Shown here: piece by piece, positions 49,389 through 61,149 of the stretch
Position numbering within the stretch: the first letter of the stretch is position 1
Layout: each line of letters begins with the position of its first letter
Origin: a virus
Lineage: Duplodnaviria; Heunggongvirae; Uroviricota; Caudoviricetes
Length of the DNA: 64,000 bases
Strand: one strand, 5' to 3'
Virus record (IMG/VR): IMGVR_UViG_3300031873_001030
Notes under the pieces: model-generated
Told to the model about the DNA's origin: nothing
Seen by the model: the letters and a program-made list of their open reading frames with translations, nothing else
The model's database searches: none
Program-made: the position numbers and the translations under genes

Positions 49389-52300
49389 ATGCATTGGAAA
49401 CATTTACTTACTCATAAGTCTCTTTTTCTGGAGGGGATTCGAATCAGTATAAGATTGTCAAAGGCAACTGTAAAGATTACAAGCTTGATATTCGCATTGG
49501 CTCTGATTGGAACTTTTGGCTATCTTTTTATCTCCAATGTCAGCAACAAAGTGAGTGGAGATTCTTATAATGACATAAATATGAGTGATATAGTCAATAA
49601 TACTATAGTGACAGCATCTAGTTATTCGAATTATGAATATGAGGTGACTAAAAATGTATACAAGACTTATTTCCAAGACAATATCAATTCAGGTGAAGCT
49701 GTAAGGTTTGAGAAGGATGGATATTATTTCATATATGATTTGAGTGGTGGAAAGATTCAGTGGGCAGAACAAGATGGAAACCCTACGAAGACAAAGTCCA
49801 TAGGAGCAATATTATCTTCTCCGATAAGTCTTGCTGGTGATAAAGTTTATTACAATGATGCTTTTGCATATACAAATGTGAGTTATCTTATCTTGAATGA
49901 CATGCTCAAAGAGAATTTCATATTGTCATCATCGTTGCCGATAGATGACACATACTTGTATTTGGAATATACTGGTGAGATAAAGCATTCGGATAGTCTG
50001 ATGATTTATGCAAATGATAAGAATCAGACTGAAAAGAATTTTGTAACTCAAGGTAAGATAGAATTCAAGGATGTAAATGGAACTACGATATTTTTCTTAC
50101 CAGCACCTACAGTAACTGATTCGAATGGAAAGTCGGAATATGGTTTTTATGATATAAAAATTTCCAGTGGAAAGATTGCATTCAATCTTAGAGTGAACAG
50201 CACTTTCTTGAAAAATGCCGCTTACCCAGTGTATATAGACCCAACTATTAGAACTTTCAATGATACATTATCATCAAAAAACTTGACATTTATATGGAAT
50301 CAGAATCAGACACTTTATATATCAATACCAAAAAATGCTATAGTTACAAATGCTTACTTGAATTTGAGTGGATTCCCGGCACAGAATAATGTAAATTTCT
50401 TTGACCCCTTAGACAATGGAAATTATATTAGTTCAACCAATGCTATAGTAAGTGGCGGGCAAATAACATTAAATCGTCAAAACAATACAGGGGAAAGTTT
50501 TACTTCACCTCCCTGCAGTGAAATACAATATATAGGCGGTACCGTACCAGGTACTTATGCAACTGCACAATCCTTTAGAGCATCGGGTGTGTATCTTTCA
50601 TATATTAAAGTCAAGTTCTTCAATCAAGTCACCGCAACATTATCAATAAGGTCGAGTTTAGCTGGAGCCAATCTTGTTTCTACAAGTGTTGCAAGCGGAG
50701 ATGAGAGATATTATGAATGGTATATCACAAACCCACCAGCGCTCACTGTTGGTAATACTTACTACATAGTTCTTACATGGAGTTCTGACGGAAGCAATTA
50801 TGGAGGCTTGAGACAGGCTTGCTACAATTATTTGTATCCGAACGGAACTTATTATGCTTACTTGTTAAGTTCCTGGAACACTGAACCGAATGGGGCTTAC
50901 TATGACCATGCTTTTGAAACAAAATACTGGGAGTATGATACAAGCAATTATGTTAATTCAGTTGCAATAGACACCACATCATATTATTTGAATGCAACCT
51001 TAACAAAATCAGATAACATACCAGCAGGAACATCAATAACTTATTATTTAAGTTCAAATGGTGGCGCGTCTTGGGAACAAGTCACCTCAGGCATAAATCA
51101 TACATTCTCTAATATCGGGCAAGATATCAGATGGAGAGGAGTATTGACAACAAATTCTGATAGGTCATCAACACCAACACTTTATAACATGACTGTGAAT
51201 GCATCTCAAGGGTATTGGCCAATGAATCCTTATCTTGATATTTCTGGGGATGGAGACGTGGAATGGAATTATACAGGAACATTTAATCAATCAAACAATA
51301 GGACAGCAAACTTATCCTCTGAAATAAACACATATTTGTCGACTTGTACACCAACAAGTGGGAATTGCACAATGCCATTAGTATTCCATTCAGATACAGC
51401 AGGAATAATTCAGGTTTCAGATATCAACATAACATATAATGTGCCTTTTATATCGGTTTGGAATACTTCAAAGGCAGGAACTAGCAACTCTACACAGATT
51501 GAATTGCCTTTATACAATGGAGGCACTTATGCATTTACAGTGGACTGGGGTGATGGAACAACAGATTACATCACTTCATATCTGAATGATAACCACACTT
51601 ATGCGACAGCAGGGGTTTACGTTGTGAACATAGCTGGGACTATAAATGGATTCAGGTTCAACAATGGTGGCGACAGATTAAAGATTATCAACATCACACA
51701 ATGGGGAGACTTGAATGTAGGAAATTCTGGTAATTATTTTCACGGTTGTGCTAATTTGAATAGCAATGCCACTGATAACTTGAATTTGGCAGGAACTACG
51801 GATTTGTCTAATATGTTTTATTCAGCTACTTCCTTCAATGGAAGTATTTCAGGCTGGGATACAAGTGGTGTCACTTCCATGTATACTATGTTCTATGGCG
51901 CTTCTAATTTTAATTCGAATATTTCAAGCTGGAATACAGGAAATGTAATCAATATGGAATATATGTTTTATACCGCTTCTTCCTTTAATCAGAATATTTC
52001 AAACTGGAATACAGGAAAAGTCACTAGTATGTTAAGTATGTTTCATGGTGCCACTTCTTTCAATCAGAACATAAGCAATTGGGATGTCAGTAAAGTCACT
52101 ACTATGTCTGATATGTTTCATAGTGCTACTTCCTTCAATGGAAATATTTCAGGCTGGAATGTAGTCAATGTCACTACTATGTATGATATGTTCCATAGTG
52201 CCACTTCTTTCAATCAGAGTATGAGTAGTTGGAATACAGGAAATGTTGCTACTATGTTTTCCATGTTTTATGGTGCTACTGCTTTCAATGGCAATATTTC

Positions 52301-55300
52301 AGGCTGGAATACAGGAAATGTCAATAATATGGTAGCTATGTTTTATAATACTCCTTTTAATCAGAATATTGGAAATTGGAATGTCAGCAGTGTCACTACC
52401 ACATATCAGATGTTTTATAGTGCTTCTATTTTCAATCAGAATATCAGTAGTTGGAACACAAGTAAAGTCATTACTATGAGTGAGATGTTTCGTGGTGCTT
52501 CTGCTTTCAATCAGAATATAAGCAATTGGGATACAAGCAAAGTCACTACTATGACCAATATGTTTTATGATGCTACTTCATTCAATGGCAATGTTTCAGG
52601 CTGGAATATAGGAAATGTCACTACTATTGATTATATGTTCCGTGGTGCTACTTCTTTCAACCAGAGTATGAATAATTGGAACACAAGTAAAGTCACTACT
52701 ATGTATGCTATGTTCTATGGCGCTTCTAATTTTAATGGAAATATTTCAAATTGGAATACAAGCAATGTCATTGCCATGGATTATATGTTTTATAATACTG
52801 CTTTCAATCAGAATATTTCAAGCTGGAATACAGGAAAAGTCGCTAGTATGGCAGGTATGTTTCAGAGTGCTGCTTCCTTCAATCAGAATCTTAGTTCTTG
52901 GAATGTCAGTTCAGTGACTAATGCGGCAAATATGTTTTTGTCTGTGACATTATCTACTCCCAATTATGATTCCTTGCTTGTTGGATGGGGCAGCAGGGTT
53001 GAAAAGAATGCTACTGTTTTTTCGGGAGGTAATTCCAAGTATTCTGCTGCTGGTCTTGCTGGCAGGAATAATTTGACTGGTATTTATAATAATTGGACTA
53101 TCACTGATGGTGGTCCTGTGGACATAATTAATCCGACATATACTAACTTCGGTTCAGATTACACGAATAACACAGCAGTAAATGGCGGAAGTATTTTAAC
53201 TTATTATGCGAAATGGATAGATAATATCCAATTAGACAAATGTGTAAACTCAAGCAAGATAAATACCTCAGGCAGCTGGACTAATGGAACTTGGGCATCA
53301 GCAGGAACAGGTAACTGGACTAACTACACAGTAAAATTTCCAGCAGAAGTAGGAAGCAACTATACAGTAAAAATCTATTGTAACGATACTTCTGGATACA
53401 TGAATGTGACTGGAACTTTATTCTGGTGGGCAGAGAGTTTTGTGATAACTCAGAATCATACTTGGCAAGGTACGACATTGGAAGATGACAATACATTCGC
53501 ATATTCTCCAACGTTGAATGTGAGTTTCCAGATGACTGCATTGAATTTTGACAATGGAACATTTGAATTTGACGGAGCTAATTATACAATTTCTACAAAT
53601 CCAAAAGTTTACAACAATACCAATGGAGTTTATTGGATTAATTTTACAAATAAAAAACCAGGAAATTATAATTTCAAATGGTATGCCAGTACGATTAGTG
53701 GAATATGGAAAAATACAAGTCAAGTGACTTTGATAGTTACAAAGGCATATCCTGCATTTTCAAATTCAGTTACAACACCGATAAATTATCTTACTGCATC
53801 TGATTATGCAAGTAATGGAAATAATTTAGGTTGTGATGACTGTACATATTATACAAAAAGGAATGGAACTCAGATATGTGTTGGAGCTTGTTCAGATACG
53901 ACTGTATTAGGAGCAAGTGCATATAATTATACAATCTATACGGCTGGAGGTGAGAATTATACTTCAGGCCAGAGTGAATTGGATTTGACTGTGAATAAAA
54001 TCATATTGTCAGGTACGATAAATTCTCCTGATGTGACTTATCCTACTGGAATGTCAATAACTGGAAGCGAATCAAATACTGGAGATGGAGATGTCGCATA
54101 TCAAACTTGTTTAGATAATGTATGTACATTAGGCAAGGGACCAAATACTTTTAATTATGGTGCGAATACTTACACTTGCAAGTTCAACACCACTGGAGCT
54201 ACTTTTGAAAACTATACGGCAAGTGCAAGCATAGCTATAGACTCATGCACTATAAACAAAGGTACGTCACTTTCGCTGTCGATAAATTCAAATGTGACAT
54301 CACCGATAACATATCCTATACCATCATCGATAAACGGAAGTGGGTGTGTGTTTGGAGCTGGTTATGGGACAGATATAGTTTGTACTTTATACAGAGGAAA
54401 TTCAACTTGGTCAGGAACTGGAAATGATACGGCAATCTTAGGAGCGGGCATCTATGCATATAATTATTCTACTCCAGGAGGAACAAACTGGACTGCAACA
54501 TCTGCAAGCAATTATACACTGATAGTGAACAGGGGAAGTCTTTCTTTATCGATAAATTCCAATGTCACGTCTCCGATAACATATCCTACACCATCATCGG
54601 TAAATGGAAGTGGATGTGCAGGAAGTGATGTAGTCTGCACTTTATACAGAGGAAATTCGTCTTGGTCTGGAACAGGAAATGATTCTGCAGTTTTATCTGC
54701 AGGTGTGTATGCATATAATTATTCCACTCCAGGTGGAACTAACTATTCAGCAGCATCTGCTGTTAATTATACATTGGTAGTGCTTGGTAATACTCCGCCA
54801 ACATATTCGTATTTTGGTGCAACTGTTCCAAATAATACAGTAGTGGTTGGTGGAAGTGTTGTGACTTATTATGCAAAATGGTCAGATGATGTCCAATTGG
54901 ATAAGTGTGCAAATTCTTCGAGAGTGAATAATTCAGCATGGGTTAATGGGACATGGGTATCTCCAGGAACAGGCAATTGGACGAACTATACAGTAGCATT
55001 TCCATCTGAGCGTGGGAGCAACTTGACAATAAGGATTTATTGCAATGATAGTGTCGGGCAGATGGTTGAGACTGGAACTTTGTTCTGGATTATAGATTAT
55101 TATCCATATTCAAATTCTACAGGACAAGCAAGCAATTCGATACCTTCAGGGACTAACAACACGTTATTTTCTAAATTATTTGCTGGTGGCGGAGGCACTA
55201 CACTTAGTTGGGCATGGCTATCTACAAATGAAACAGGAGCGTGGAAAAATTATACAATTACTAATTATACGTATTATAGTGTAATCTTAAATGAATCAAA

Positions 55301-58300
55301 TAGTGGTAATATTGGTGATACTTTTGAGGCAGGTAGTAGTAATCCTAATATAAATAATGGTATATATCCAAGTCTGGAAGTCTATGCATTTTATGGTATG
55401 CGAACATTTTTGTTGTGGAATTTGTCAATAATACCAACAGGTGCTACAATAGTTAGTGCTAATTTGTCTTTATATGGGTATGATATTGCACATGGTGGAC
55501 TTGGTTCAAGATTGTATAATGCATATAATACATCTACATATACTCTCAATGATTGTGGGCAGCAATGGATAGAAGGAACAAGGAACCAGTCAGCTAATGT
55601 GACCTGTAATGAATTGGTATATAACAATCAGCCATCTTTGAATATTTTACAGGATTCTATTTGGACTGGAACTACAAGTAATGTTTGGTTATCTTGGAAT
55701 GTGACAAACGCCACTATATCAACTTATTCAAATACAACCAATAAAAATATGAGCATAGTAATAAAAGAAAATACTGAAGTTGACAATATTTATTCACTTT
55801 TCTTCTCAAAAGAATATACAGGTAACATAGCATTAAGGCCACAATTGAATATAACATATGCATTGCCTTCTCCTTATATTGCTGGAAGTTTATTCAATTG
55901 GGTTAATTTCACGTGGCAGAACAATTCCATAATTGCTGGAAACATAATAGGTTGGAAGATATATTTCAATGATTCTTTAGGGCATGAAAATGTGACTGAG
56001 ACATATAACTTTACTATTGAGAGTAGCAAACCGATAATATCCCAGAATCATACTTGGCAAGGTACGACATTGGAAGATGATAATACATTTACATATTCTC
56101 CAACTTTGAATGTCAGTTTCCAGATTACTGCATGGGCTTATGATTTGAACATTCTTACTGCGACATTTGAATTTAACGGAGTCAATTATACAAATTCAAC
56201 AACAACTAGGGTCTATAATAATACAAATAATGTGTTCTGGATTAACTTCACTTCGATGAAAGCTGGCAATTATAATTTCAGGTGGTATGTCAATGATACT
56301 GTAGGTGGATGGAGCAATACAAGTCAAGTTGTATTGGCAATAGGTAAAGCTACATTGGTTGGAACAATATCCTCTCCAGATGTGTATTTTCCTGCTGACA
56401 TGTCACTGACTGGTTTGGAAAGCAATGCAGGAGATGTGGATGTTGCATATCAGACTTGTCTAGGTGATGCATGTAAACCTGGATTAGGACCAAATCTTTT
56501 TGGTTCATGTTGTGAATATCCTGCAGATACTTACACTTGCAAATTCAATACGACTGGAGCTGTCTTTGAGAATTATACTTCAAATGCCAACATAGCTACA
56601 GATTCTTGTACAATCAATAAAGGAGGACTTGTAGGAACAATAACAAGTCCAGATGTAACTTATCCAGCTGACTTATTTTTAACTGGTTCAGAGAGCAATG
56701 TAGGTGATACAGATGTCACATATCAGACTTGTGTCAGCAACATATGTAAGGCAGGTTTGGGTGCGAATAGTTTTGATATTGGAGGAGGAACATATAATTG
56801 CATATTCAATACTACAGGAGCTACTTTTGCAAATTGGACGGCAAGTGCAAGCATGCAGACTGACAGTTGCACTGTAAACAAAGGAATATTGACAGGAAGT
56901 TCTTCATCACCAGCAGTGACTTATCCTGCTGGATTGACAGCGACAGGAACTGAAACTAACACAGTGGATACTGATGTCGCATACAGGGAATATTGTGAAT
57001 TAGGAACAAAAGGAGTTTTGATGGGTTCTGCCTTAGGTGGAAATCCTTCAGGAACTGTTGTGCTTGATGTAGGGACATGGACATGCAAGCTTAACACCAC
57101 AGGCGGACCATTTGCCAATTGGACTGCATCCGCAAGCATAGGAACATCTGTTGGAATAGTAAGCATAGGAACATTGACTGGGACTATATCATCTCCAGAT
57201 GTCACTTATCCGACTGATATGACAATCACTGGAATTGAGACTAATACTGGTGATAGTGATGTTGCTTATAGGACTTGTTTAAGTGGCAGTGGTGAATGCA
57301 AGTCAGGAAAGGGACCAAATACTTTTGATTATCCTCCTGGAACTTATAGTTGCGTATTTAACACTACAGGTGCGGCATTTGCAAATTGGACGTCATCATC
57401 AAATATTGCTACGGATGTGTGTGTCATAAACAATGGAACGCTTACAATACAATTGTCAACACCAACTCCTATAACTTATGAAGCTGTAGCTGGTATCGAA
57501 GGATGGATTACTAATAACGCTGGAGATGGTGGATGTACTTATATCTTATTGAGGAATGGCACTCAAATCAATACCAGTATTCATGTCACTGATAACACAA
57601 TACTAGGTGCTGGATATTACAACTATACTTATTATACAGCAGGTTGTGCAAATTATACTATCAATAGGCTTGCTGATGTGCCATTGACTGTGAATCAGAA
57701 AAATGCATTTGTAAGAGTCTATCCATGGACAGGTCCTATAACATATGAGACAAGTGTATTTCAATATTGTACATCCTTATCTACATTGGTAAATTGTACG
57801 ATGTACAGGAATGGAACTACAGTTACGAATGGAACGAATATAGTATTAGGAGTTGGAGCTTATCTTTTCAAGGCTAACATATCAGATGCTGCCAATTATA
57901 CAAATTATGATGACTTGAATATTCTGACTGTCGATAAAAAACAGTTGGCAGCAAATTTATGGATTAATGGTCACTTGAATCAGAATACAACTGTGGTTCA
58001 AACATTCCCATACATTCCTAAATATGCGACTTCAAATGCGACGAATATCAATGGATTGAGTGGTTCTCTATATAGAGATGATGCACCTGTTGCAGGTGAT
58101 ACTGATACAATTCCACCTGTGCAAGGAACATATAAATACAAGGCCAATGCGACTGGAAATGTAAATTATACAAGCGATTCTGTAGGGCAGACATTTTATG
58201 CAAGTGTCATCTCAGCTCACAACATAACAATCTCAAGTCCAGTAAATGGAAGTTCGATTGGGATATTGCCAAATACAAATAAGAGTGTCCAAATAAATTA

Positions 58301-60647
58301 TACGGTTGGAAATCCAGTTTCAATTGTTTGCGCATATGCGATAGATGCTGGAATCAATACATCATATCGTGTAAATATGCTGACATGTGAGAATGTGACT
58401 TCTATTGGCATAAGTCAGATTGGGAGCCATAACTTGACAGTAGCTGTTTGGGATACGTTCTTCACTACATATAATGAAAGCAGTGTCTTCTTTGACATAG
58501 ATTTTGTCAATCAGTGGATTGTGACTAATGGCGGTGGTGTTGTGCTGACTGATGGAAATGTATCATTTTCAAATGGAACGTATAGCTTTAACTTGTCTAC
58601 AACTAATGGAACGTTTTCGACAAATACATCTCTGCTTCCGAAAGGTAATGTGTCAGCTACATTCAAAGATTTTGTGACGTATGCAGATAAAACTGTATAC
58701 TACAATGTGACTAATGAGACTCAAATTTCTACAACTATTGTTCTTTCATTTTCTGGAGTCACTATAAGGGTATTTGGAGAAGATTCGCTTTCTCCGATAA
58801 ATTGGTATAAAGTGACGATGACAAATGGGACTGCAAGCACTGGAGCGTATACTACGCAATTGACAGTTGGAAAGGGAAATCCTGGGGGTTACTTGATAAA
58901 TTTCCTTGATGATGATATCAATACTTATGAGAGCAATCTGAATGCCTTGTTCACTTATGAATTTGGATTTACAAATGCGACATTTGCATTGACATATAAT
59001 ATATCTGATGCTGTTGGAAATAGCACCAATCTTACATTGAAGATTTATAACAATACAGTAGGTGCATGGGATACTGTCTTCAATCTGACAAATTCTGGAA
59101 ATAGTGGAGGAATCACGACAAGATATTTCACGATAGACAATAGTCCGTCGATATATGCAAATTATGGGGACATATTCACAAGCTGTCTTGGAACATATTG
59201 CCCATTGTTCATGATGAACATGACACCAGCTGGTTCTGCAGTGATAAAAGTTTATGAGATGAGATTGACAGAACCATATACTTATGATACAAACGGATTT
59301 GCACAGATTAATTTCACAAAGTTCCCGATTACTAGCGGAACTAGCAGATTCATGTTTCAATCTCCTGTATATGCTTCATCATTGAATAATTATGGACTGA
59401 GGACTTATTTCATAAATCCATCTGCGATGGCTACGATAAATTTGGATGCATATCTTAGTAACTTATGTTATATACAGCAGTTCCAAACTGTCCAATCTAG
59501 TTTGGCTACTACAAATCCTATTCCAGTTCCTGATGTGTTGCTTACATTGATGAAGGTATTTGGAACTGAATTGAAGATAGTCGACCAGCAGAAGAGCGAT
59601 TATTCTGGCATTGCAAGATTGTGTGTGGAAGCTGGTTATCCATATACTATGACTTTTGTGAAGAGTGGATATCAGACACAGACTGCTTATGATGAAGTGT
59701 TTTCAAACGCTGGTCCTTATTATGTCAACATGTTTACAGTGAACGCAAGCGATTACTTTTCAAACCCATATTCTACAAACATTTCGATAACTCCTGCAGA
59801 TAATTATATACACAATTCTACAACAATCTATACATGTGCTGTACTGGCTCCATATAATCCATGGGGACCTTCTGGAAATGTATTACTCTCATCTTTCCTT
59901 AGAATATATCATTCTTATGAGTTTGCTGCATATCCTCCAAACATATCTTCAGCGTTATATCCACCAAGTTCTGGATTCTGTAATGGTACTGCTCCATTTT
60001 GCACTAACTATTATACAAATACGACTTGTGCAGCAGTTGTAGGATGTAATTGGGTAAATTGGATTGTTACTGGTGCTTGTAATGGACCACCAACTTGCCT
60101 TAGTCATCTGAAAGAATCAACTTGTTTGAATGAGACTGGATGTGATTGGACACGTTTTGGACCATTTGGAATATCAACATTGCATAATTCGACATTGGTA
60201 TCTAATCAGACTTCAACAAATCCGCTTGGAGCTATATTCACTTATGGATTGAATGAGTCTGGAACTTACAACATAACTTGTGGAGGATATTTTCGTGTAG
60301 TGAATGATACTTCAATCTTCAATGCGACTGGGAGTATTATCGAAATTTCTAAGCAGAGGGTAATATGGGTAGAACCTACTGGAGGTGGAATAGCTGGTGC
60401 TGGAAAAGACTTGATAGGAAACATAAGCGAATCTGCGTTATATTTTGTAGTGCTGATATTGGATATGATTATAACAAGTTTCTTTGTCCGTCACTTTGGT
60501 ATGAAAAGTGCGTTTATATTCCTTGTAGTATGGGCTATGGCAATGGTGATATTAGGAGGTTGGGGTTTCAATGCACAGACTGGAGTATTCTCAGTTGGAT
60601 TTTTGTTATGGATAGCACTCATGTTCTATCCATATAGGAGGGAATAA
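49389..60647 (+). CDS. 3752-aa giant surface protein with DUF285/BspA-type repeats, duplicated modules, a Cys-rich region and C-terminal TM helices
   Basis: Uninterrupted ORF; N-terminal TM; ~15 x 25-aa MFxxAxxFNxNISxWNTxxVxxMxx repeats; very dense N-x-S/T sequons; DNRLRE-like segment (LLWNLSIIPTGATIVSANLSLYGY). Confidence 0.9.
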   Translation: MHWKHLLTHKSLFLEGIRISIRLSKATVKITSLIFALALIGTFGYLFISNVSNKVSGDSYNDINMSDIVNNTIVTASSYSNYEYEVTKNVYKTYFQDNINSGEAVRFEKDGYYFIYDLSGGKIQWAEQDGNPTKTKSIGAILSSPISLAGDKVYYNDAFAYTNVSYLILNDMLKENFILSSSLPIDDTYLYLEYTGEIKHSDSLMIYANDKNQTEKNFVTQGKIEFKDVNGTTIFFLPAPTVTDSNGKSEYGFYDIKISSGKIAFNLRVNSTFLKNAAYPVYIDPTIRTFNDTLSSKNLTFIWNQNQTLYISIPKNAIVTNAYLNLSGFPAQNNVNFFDPLDNGNYISSTNAIVSGGQITLNRQNNTGESFTSPPCSEIQYIGGTVPGTYATAQSFRASGVYLSYIKVKFFNQVTATLSIRSSLAGANLVSTSVASGDERYYEWYITNPPALTVGNTYYIVLTWSSDGSNYGGLRQACYNYLYPNGTYYAYLLSSWNTEPNGAYYDHAFETKYWEYDTSNYVNSVAIDTTSYYLNATLTKSDNIPAGTSITYYLSSNGGASWEQVTSGINHTFSNIGQDIRWRGVLTTNSDRSSTPTLYNMTVNASQGYWPMNPYLDISGDGDVEWNYTGTFNQSNNRTANLSSEINTYLSTCTPTSGNCTMPLVFHSDTAGIIQVSDINITYNVPFISVWNTSKAGTSNSTQIELPLYNGGTYAFTVDWGDGTTDYITSYLNDNHTYATAGVYVVNIAGTINGFRFNNGGDRLKIINITQWGDLNVGNSGNYFHGCANLNSNATDNLNLAGTTDLSNMFYSATSFNGSISGWDTSGVTSMYTMFYGASNFNSNISSWNTGNVINMEYMFYTASSFNQNISNWNTGKVTSMLSMFHGATSFNQNISNWDVSKVTTMSDMFHSATSFNGNISGWNVVNVTTMYDMFHSATSFNQSMSSWNTGNVATMFSMFYGATAFNGNISGWNTGNVNNMVAMFYNTPFNQNIGNWNVSSVTTTYQMFYSASIFNQNISSWNTSKVITMSEMFRGASAFNQNISNWDTSKVTTMTNMFYDATSFNGNVSGWNIGNVTTIDYMFRGATSFNQSMNNWNTSKVTTMYAMFYGASNFNGNISNWNTSNVIAMDYMFYNTAFNQNISSWNTGKVASMAGMFQSAASFNQNLSSWNVSSVTNAANMFLSVTLSTPNYDSLLVGWGSRVEKNATVFSGGNSKYSAAGLAGRNNLTGIYNNWTITDGGPVDIINPTYTNFGSDYTNNTAVNGGSILTYYAKWIDNIQLDKCVNSSKINTSGSWTNGTWASAGTGNWTNYTVKFPAEVGSNYTVKIYCNDTSGYMNVTGTLFWWAESFVITQNHTWQGTTLEDDNTFAYSPTLNVSFQMTALNFDNGTFEFDGANYTISTNPKVYNNTNGVYWINFTNKKPGNYNFKWYASTISGIWKNTSQVTLIVTKAYPAFSNSVTTPINYLTASDYASNGNNLGCDDCTYYTKRNGTQICVGACSDTTVLGASAYNYTIYTAGGENYTSGQSELDLTVNKIILSGTINSPDVTYPTGMSITGSESNTGDGDVAYQTCLDNVCTLGKGPNTFNYGANTYTCKFNTTGATFENYTASASIAIDSCTINKGTSLSLSINSNVTSPITYPIPSSINGSGCVFGAGYGTDIVCTLYRGNSTWSGTGNDTAILGAGIYAYNYSTPGGTNWTATSASNYTLIVNRGSLSLSINSNVTSPITYPTPSSVNGSGCAGSDVVCTLYRGNSSWSGTGNDSAVLSAGVYAYNYSTPGGTNYSAASAVNYTLVVLGNTPPTYSYFGATVPNNTVVVGGSVVTYYAKWSDDVQLDKCANSSRVNNSAWVNGTWVSPGTGNWTNYTVAFPSERGSNLTIRIYCNDSVGQMVETGTLFWIIDYYPYSNSTGQASNSIPSGTNNTLFSKLFAGGGGTTLSWAWLSTNETGAWKNYTITNYTYYSVILNESNSGNIGDTFEAGSSNPNINNGIYPSLEVYAFYGMRTFLLWNLSIIPTGATIVSANLSLYGYDIAHGGLGSRLYNAYNTSTYTLNDCGQQWIEGTRNQSANVTCNELVYNNQPSLNILQDSIWTGTTSNVWLSWNVTNATISTYSNTTNKNMSIVIKENTEVDNIYSLFFSKEYTGNIALRPQLNITYALPSPYIAGSLFNWVNFTWQNNSIIAGNIIGWKIYFNDSLGHENVTETYNFTIESSKPIISQNHTWQGTTLEDDNTFTYSPTLNVSFQITAWAYDLNILTATFEFNGVNYTNSTTTRVYNNTNNVFWINFTSMKAGNYNFRWYVNDTVGGWSNTSQVVLAIGKATLVGTISSPDVYFPADMSLTGLESNAGDVDVAYQTCLGDACKPGLGPNLFGSCCEYPADTYTCKFNTTGAVFENYTSNANIATDSCTINKGGLVGTITSPDVTYPADLFLTGSESNVGDTDVTYQTCVSNICKAGLGANSFDIGGGTYNCIFNTTGATFANWTASASMQTDSCTVNKGILTGSSSSPAVTYPAGLTATGTETNTVDTDVAYREYCELGTKGVLMGSALGGNPSGTVVLDVGTWTCKLNTTGGPFANWTASASIGTSVGIVSIGTLTGTISSPDVTYPTDMTITGIETNTGDSDVAYRTCLSGSGECKSGKGPNTFDYPPGTYSCVFNTTGAAFANWTSSSNIATDVCVINNGTLTIQLSTPTPITYEAVAGIEGWITNNAGDGGCTYILLRNGTQINTSIHVTDNTILGAGYYNYTYYTAGCANYTINRLADVPLTVNQKNAFVRVYPWTGPITYETSVFQYCTSLSTLVNCTMYRNGTTVTNGTNIVLGVGAYLFKANISDAANYTNYDDLNILTVDKKQLAANLWINGHLNQNTTVVQTFPYIPKYATSNATNINGLSGSLYRDDAPVAGDTDTIPPVQGTYKYKANATGNVNYTSDSVGQTFYASVISAHNITISSPVNGSSIGILPNTNKSVQINYTVGNPVSIVCAYAIDAGINTSYRVNMLTCENVTSIGISQIGSHNLTVAVWDTFFTTYNESSVFFDIDFVNQWIVTNGGGVVLTDGNVSFSNGTYSFNLSTTNGTFSTNTSLLPKGNVSATFKDFVTYADKTVYYNVTNETQISTTIVLSFSGVTIRVFGEDSLSPINWYKVTMTNGTASTGAYTTQLTVGKGNPGGYLINFLDDDINTYESNLNALFTYEFGFTNATFALTYNISDAVGNSTNLTLKIYNNTVGAWDTVFNLTNSGNSGGITTRYFTIDNSPSIYANYGDIFTSCLGTYCPLFMMNMTPAGSAVIKVYEMRLTEPYTYDTNGFAQINFTKFPITSGTSRFMFQSPVYASSLNNYGLRTYFINPSAMATINLDAYLSNLCYIQQFQTVQSSLATTNPIPVPDVLLTLMKVFGTELKIVDQQKSDYSGIARLCVEAGYPYTMTFVKSGYQTQTAYDEVFSNAGPYYVNMFTVNASDYFSNPYSTNISITPADNYIHNSTTIYTCAVLAPYNPWGPSGNVLLSSFLRIYHSYEFAAYPPNISSALYPPSSGFCNGTAPFCTNYYTNTTCAAVVGCNWVNWIVTGACNGPPTCLSHLKESTCLNETGCDWTRFGPFGISTLHNSTLVSNQTSTNPLGAIFTYGLNESGTYNITCGGYFRVVNDTSIFNATGSIIEISKQRVIWVEPTGGGIAGAGKDLIGNISESALYFVVLILDMIITSFFVRHFGMKSAFIFLVVWAMAMVILGGWGFNAQTGVFSVGFLLWIALMFYPYRRE
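51790..52945 (+). repeat. ~15 tandem 75-bp (25-aa) DUF285-type repeats inside the giant ORF
   Basis: Successive ATGTT(T/C) unit starts at 51813 and 51888 are 75 bp apart. Confidence 0.9.
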
Positions 60648-60649
60648 TC

Positions 60650-61099
60650 ATGAAAATGATATATAGGAAAGCAGCATCGTTGACTTTATTATTATCCATA
60701 TGGGCTGGAATAATAGGAGTTGGTGTATTGGCATATCCAAGCGGATATAAATCTACTTGGGACCAGATACAGACAGTATATTCAAATCCAGTTGGTGCAA
60801 TTCCAGTGATAATTAAGAATGCATTTTCAGCAGGGAATCTTGGTATGTTTGGAGGATTGTTAGTTGCTGGAGCAGTATCTGCAGTGATATTTACAACTTC
60901 TGTCTTGGGTGGTGGATTTTCCCAGCTGTTTGCAATTCCACTATTGATTATATTTGCAGTTGTCAATATGTTTGTCTTGCCAACGACTCAGATATTGTCA
61001 GAAAGTGGTGCGCCTTATGCAGTGCAGGTAATCTATACGCTTTTCATAGGGACACTTACTATTTTGACGGCATTGACATTCACTTCAGGTAGACCATAA
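60650..61099 (+). CDS. polytopic membrane protein
   Basis: ORF track; 3 nt after the giant ORF stop. Confidence 0.6.
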   Translation: MKMIYRKAASLTLLLSIWAGIIGVGVLAYPSGYKSTWDQIQTVYSNPVGAIPVIIKNAFSAGNLGMFGGLLVAGAVSAVIFTTSVLGGGFSQLFAIPLLIIFAVVNMFVLPTTQILSESGAPYAVQVIYTLFIGTLTILTALTFTSGRP

Positions 61100-61149
61100 G
61101 AGGCAAATGATATGAAAAAAGAAGATACAGAGAAGGAGGGAATGAGAAA

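Noticed and set aside
53128-56300. Diversity-generating retroelement (template/variable repeat pair) in the giant ORF
   Set aside because: No reverse transcriptase (YxDD-type) ORF is present in the window. The mismatches between the duplicated segments are not adenine-specific.
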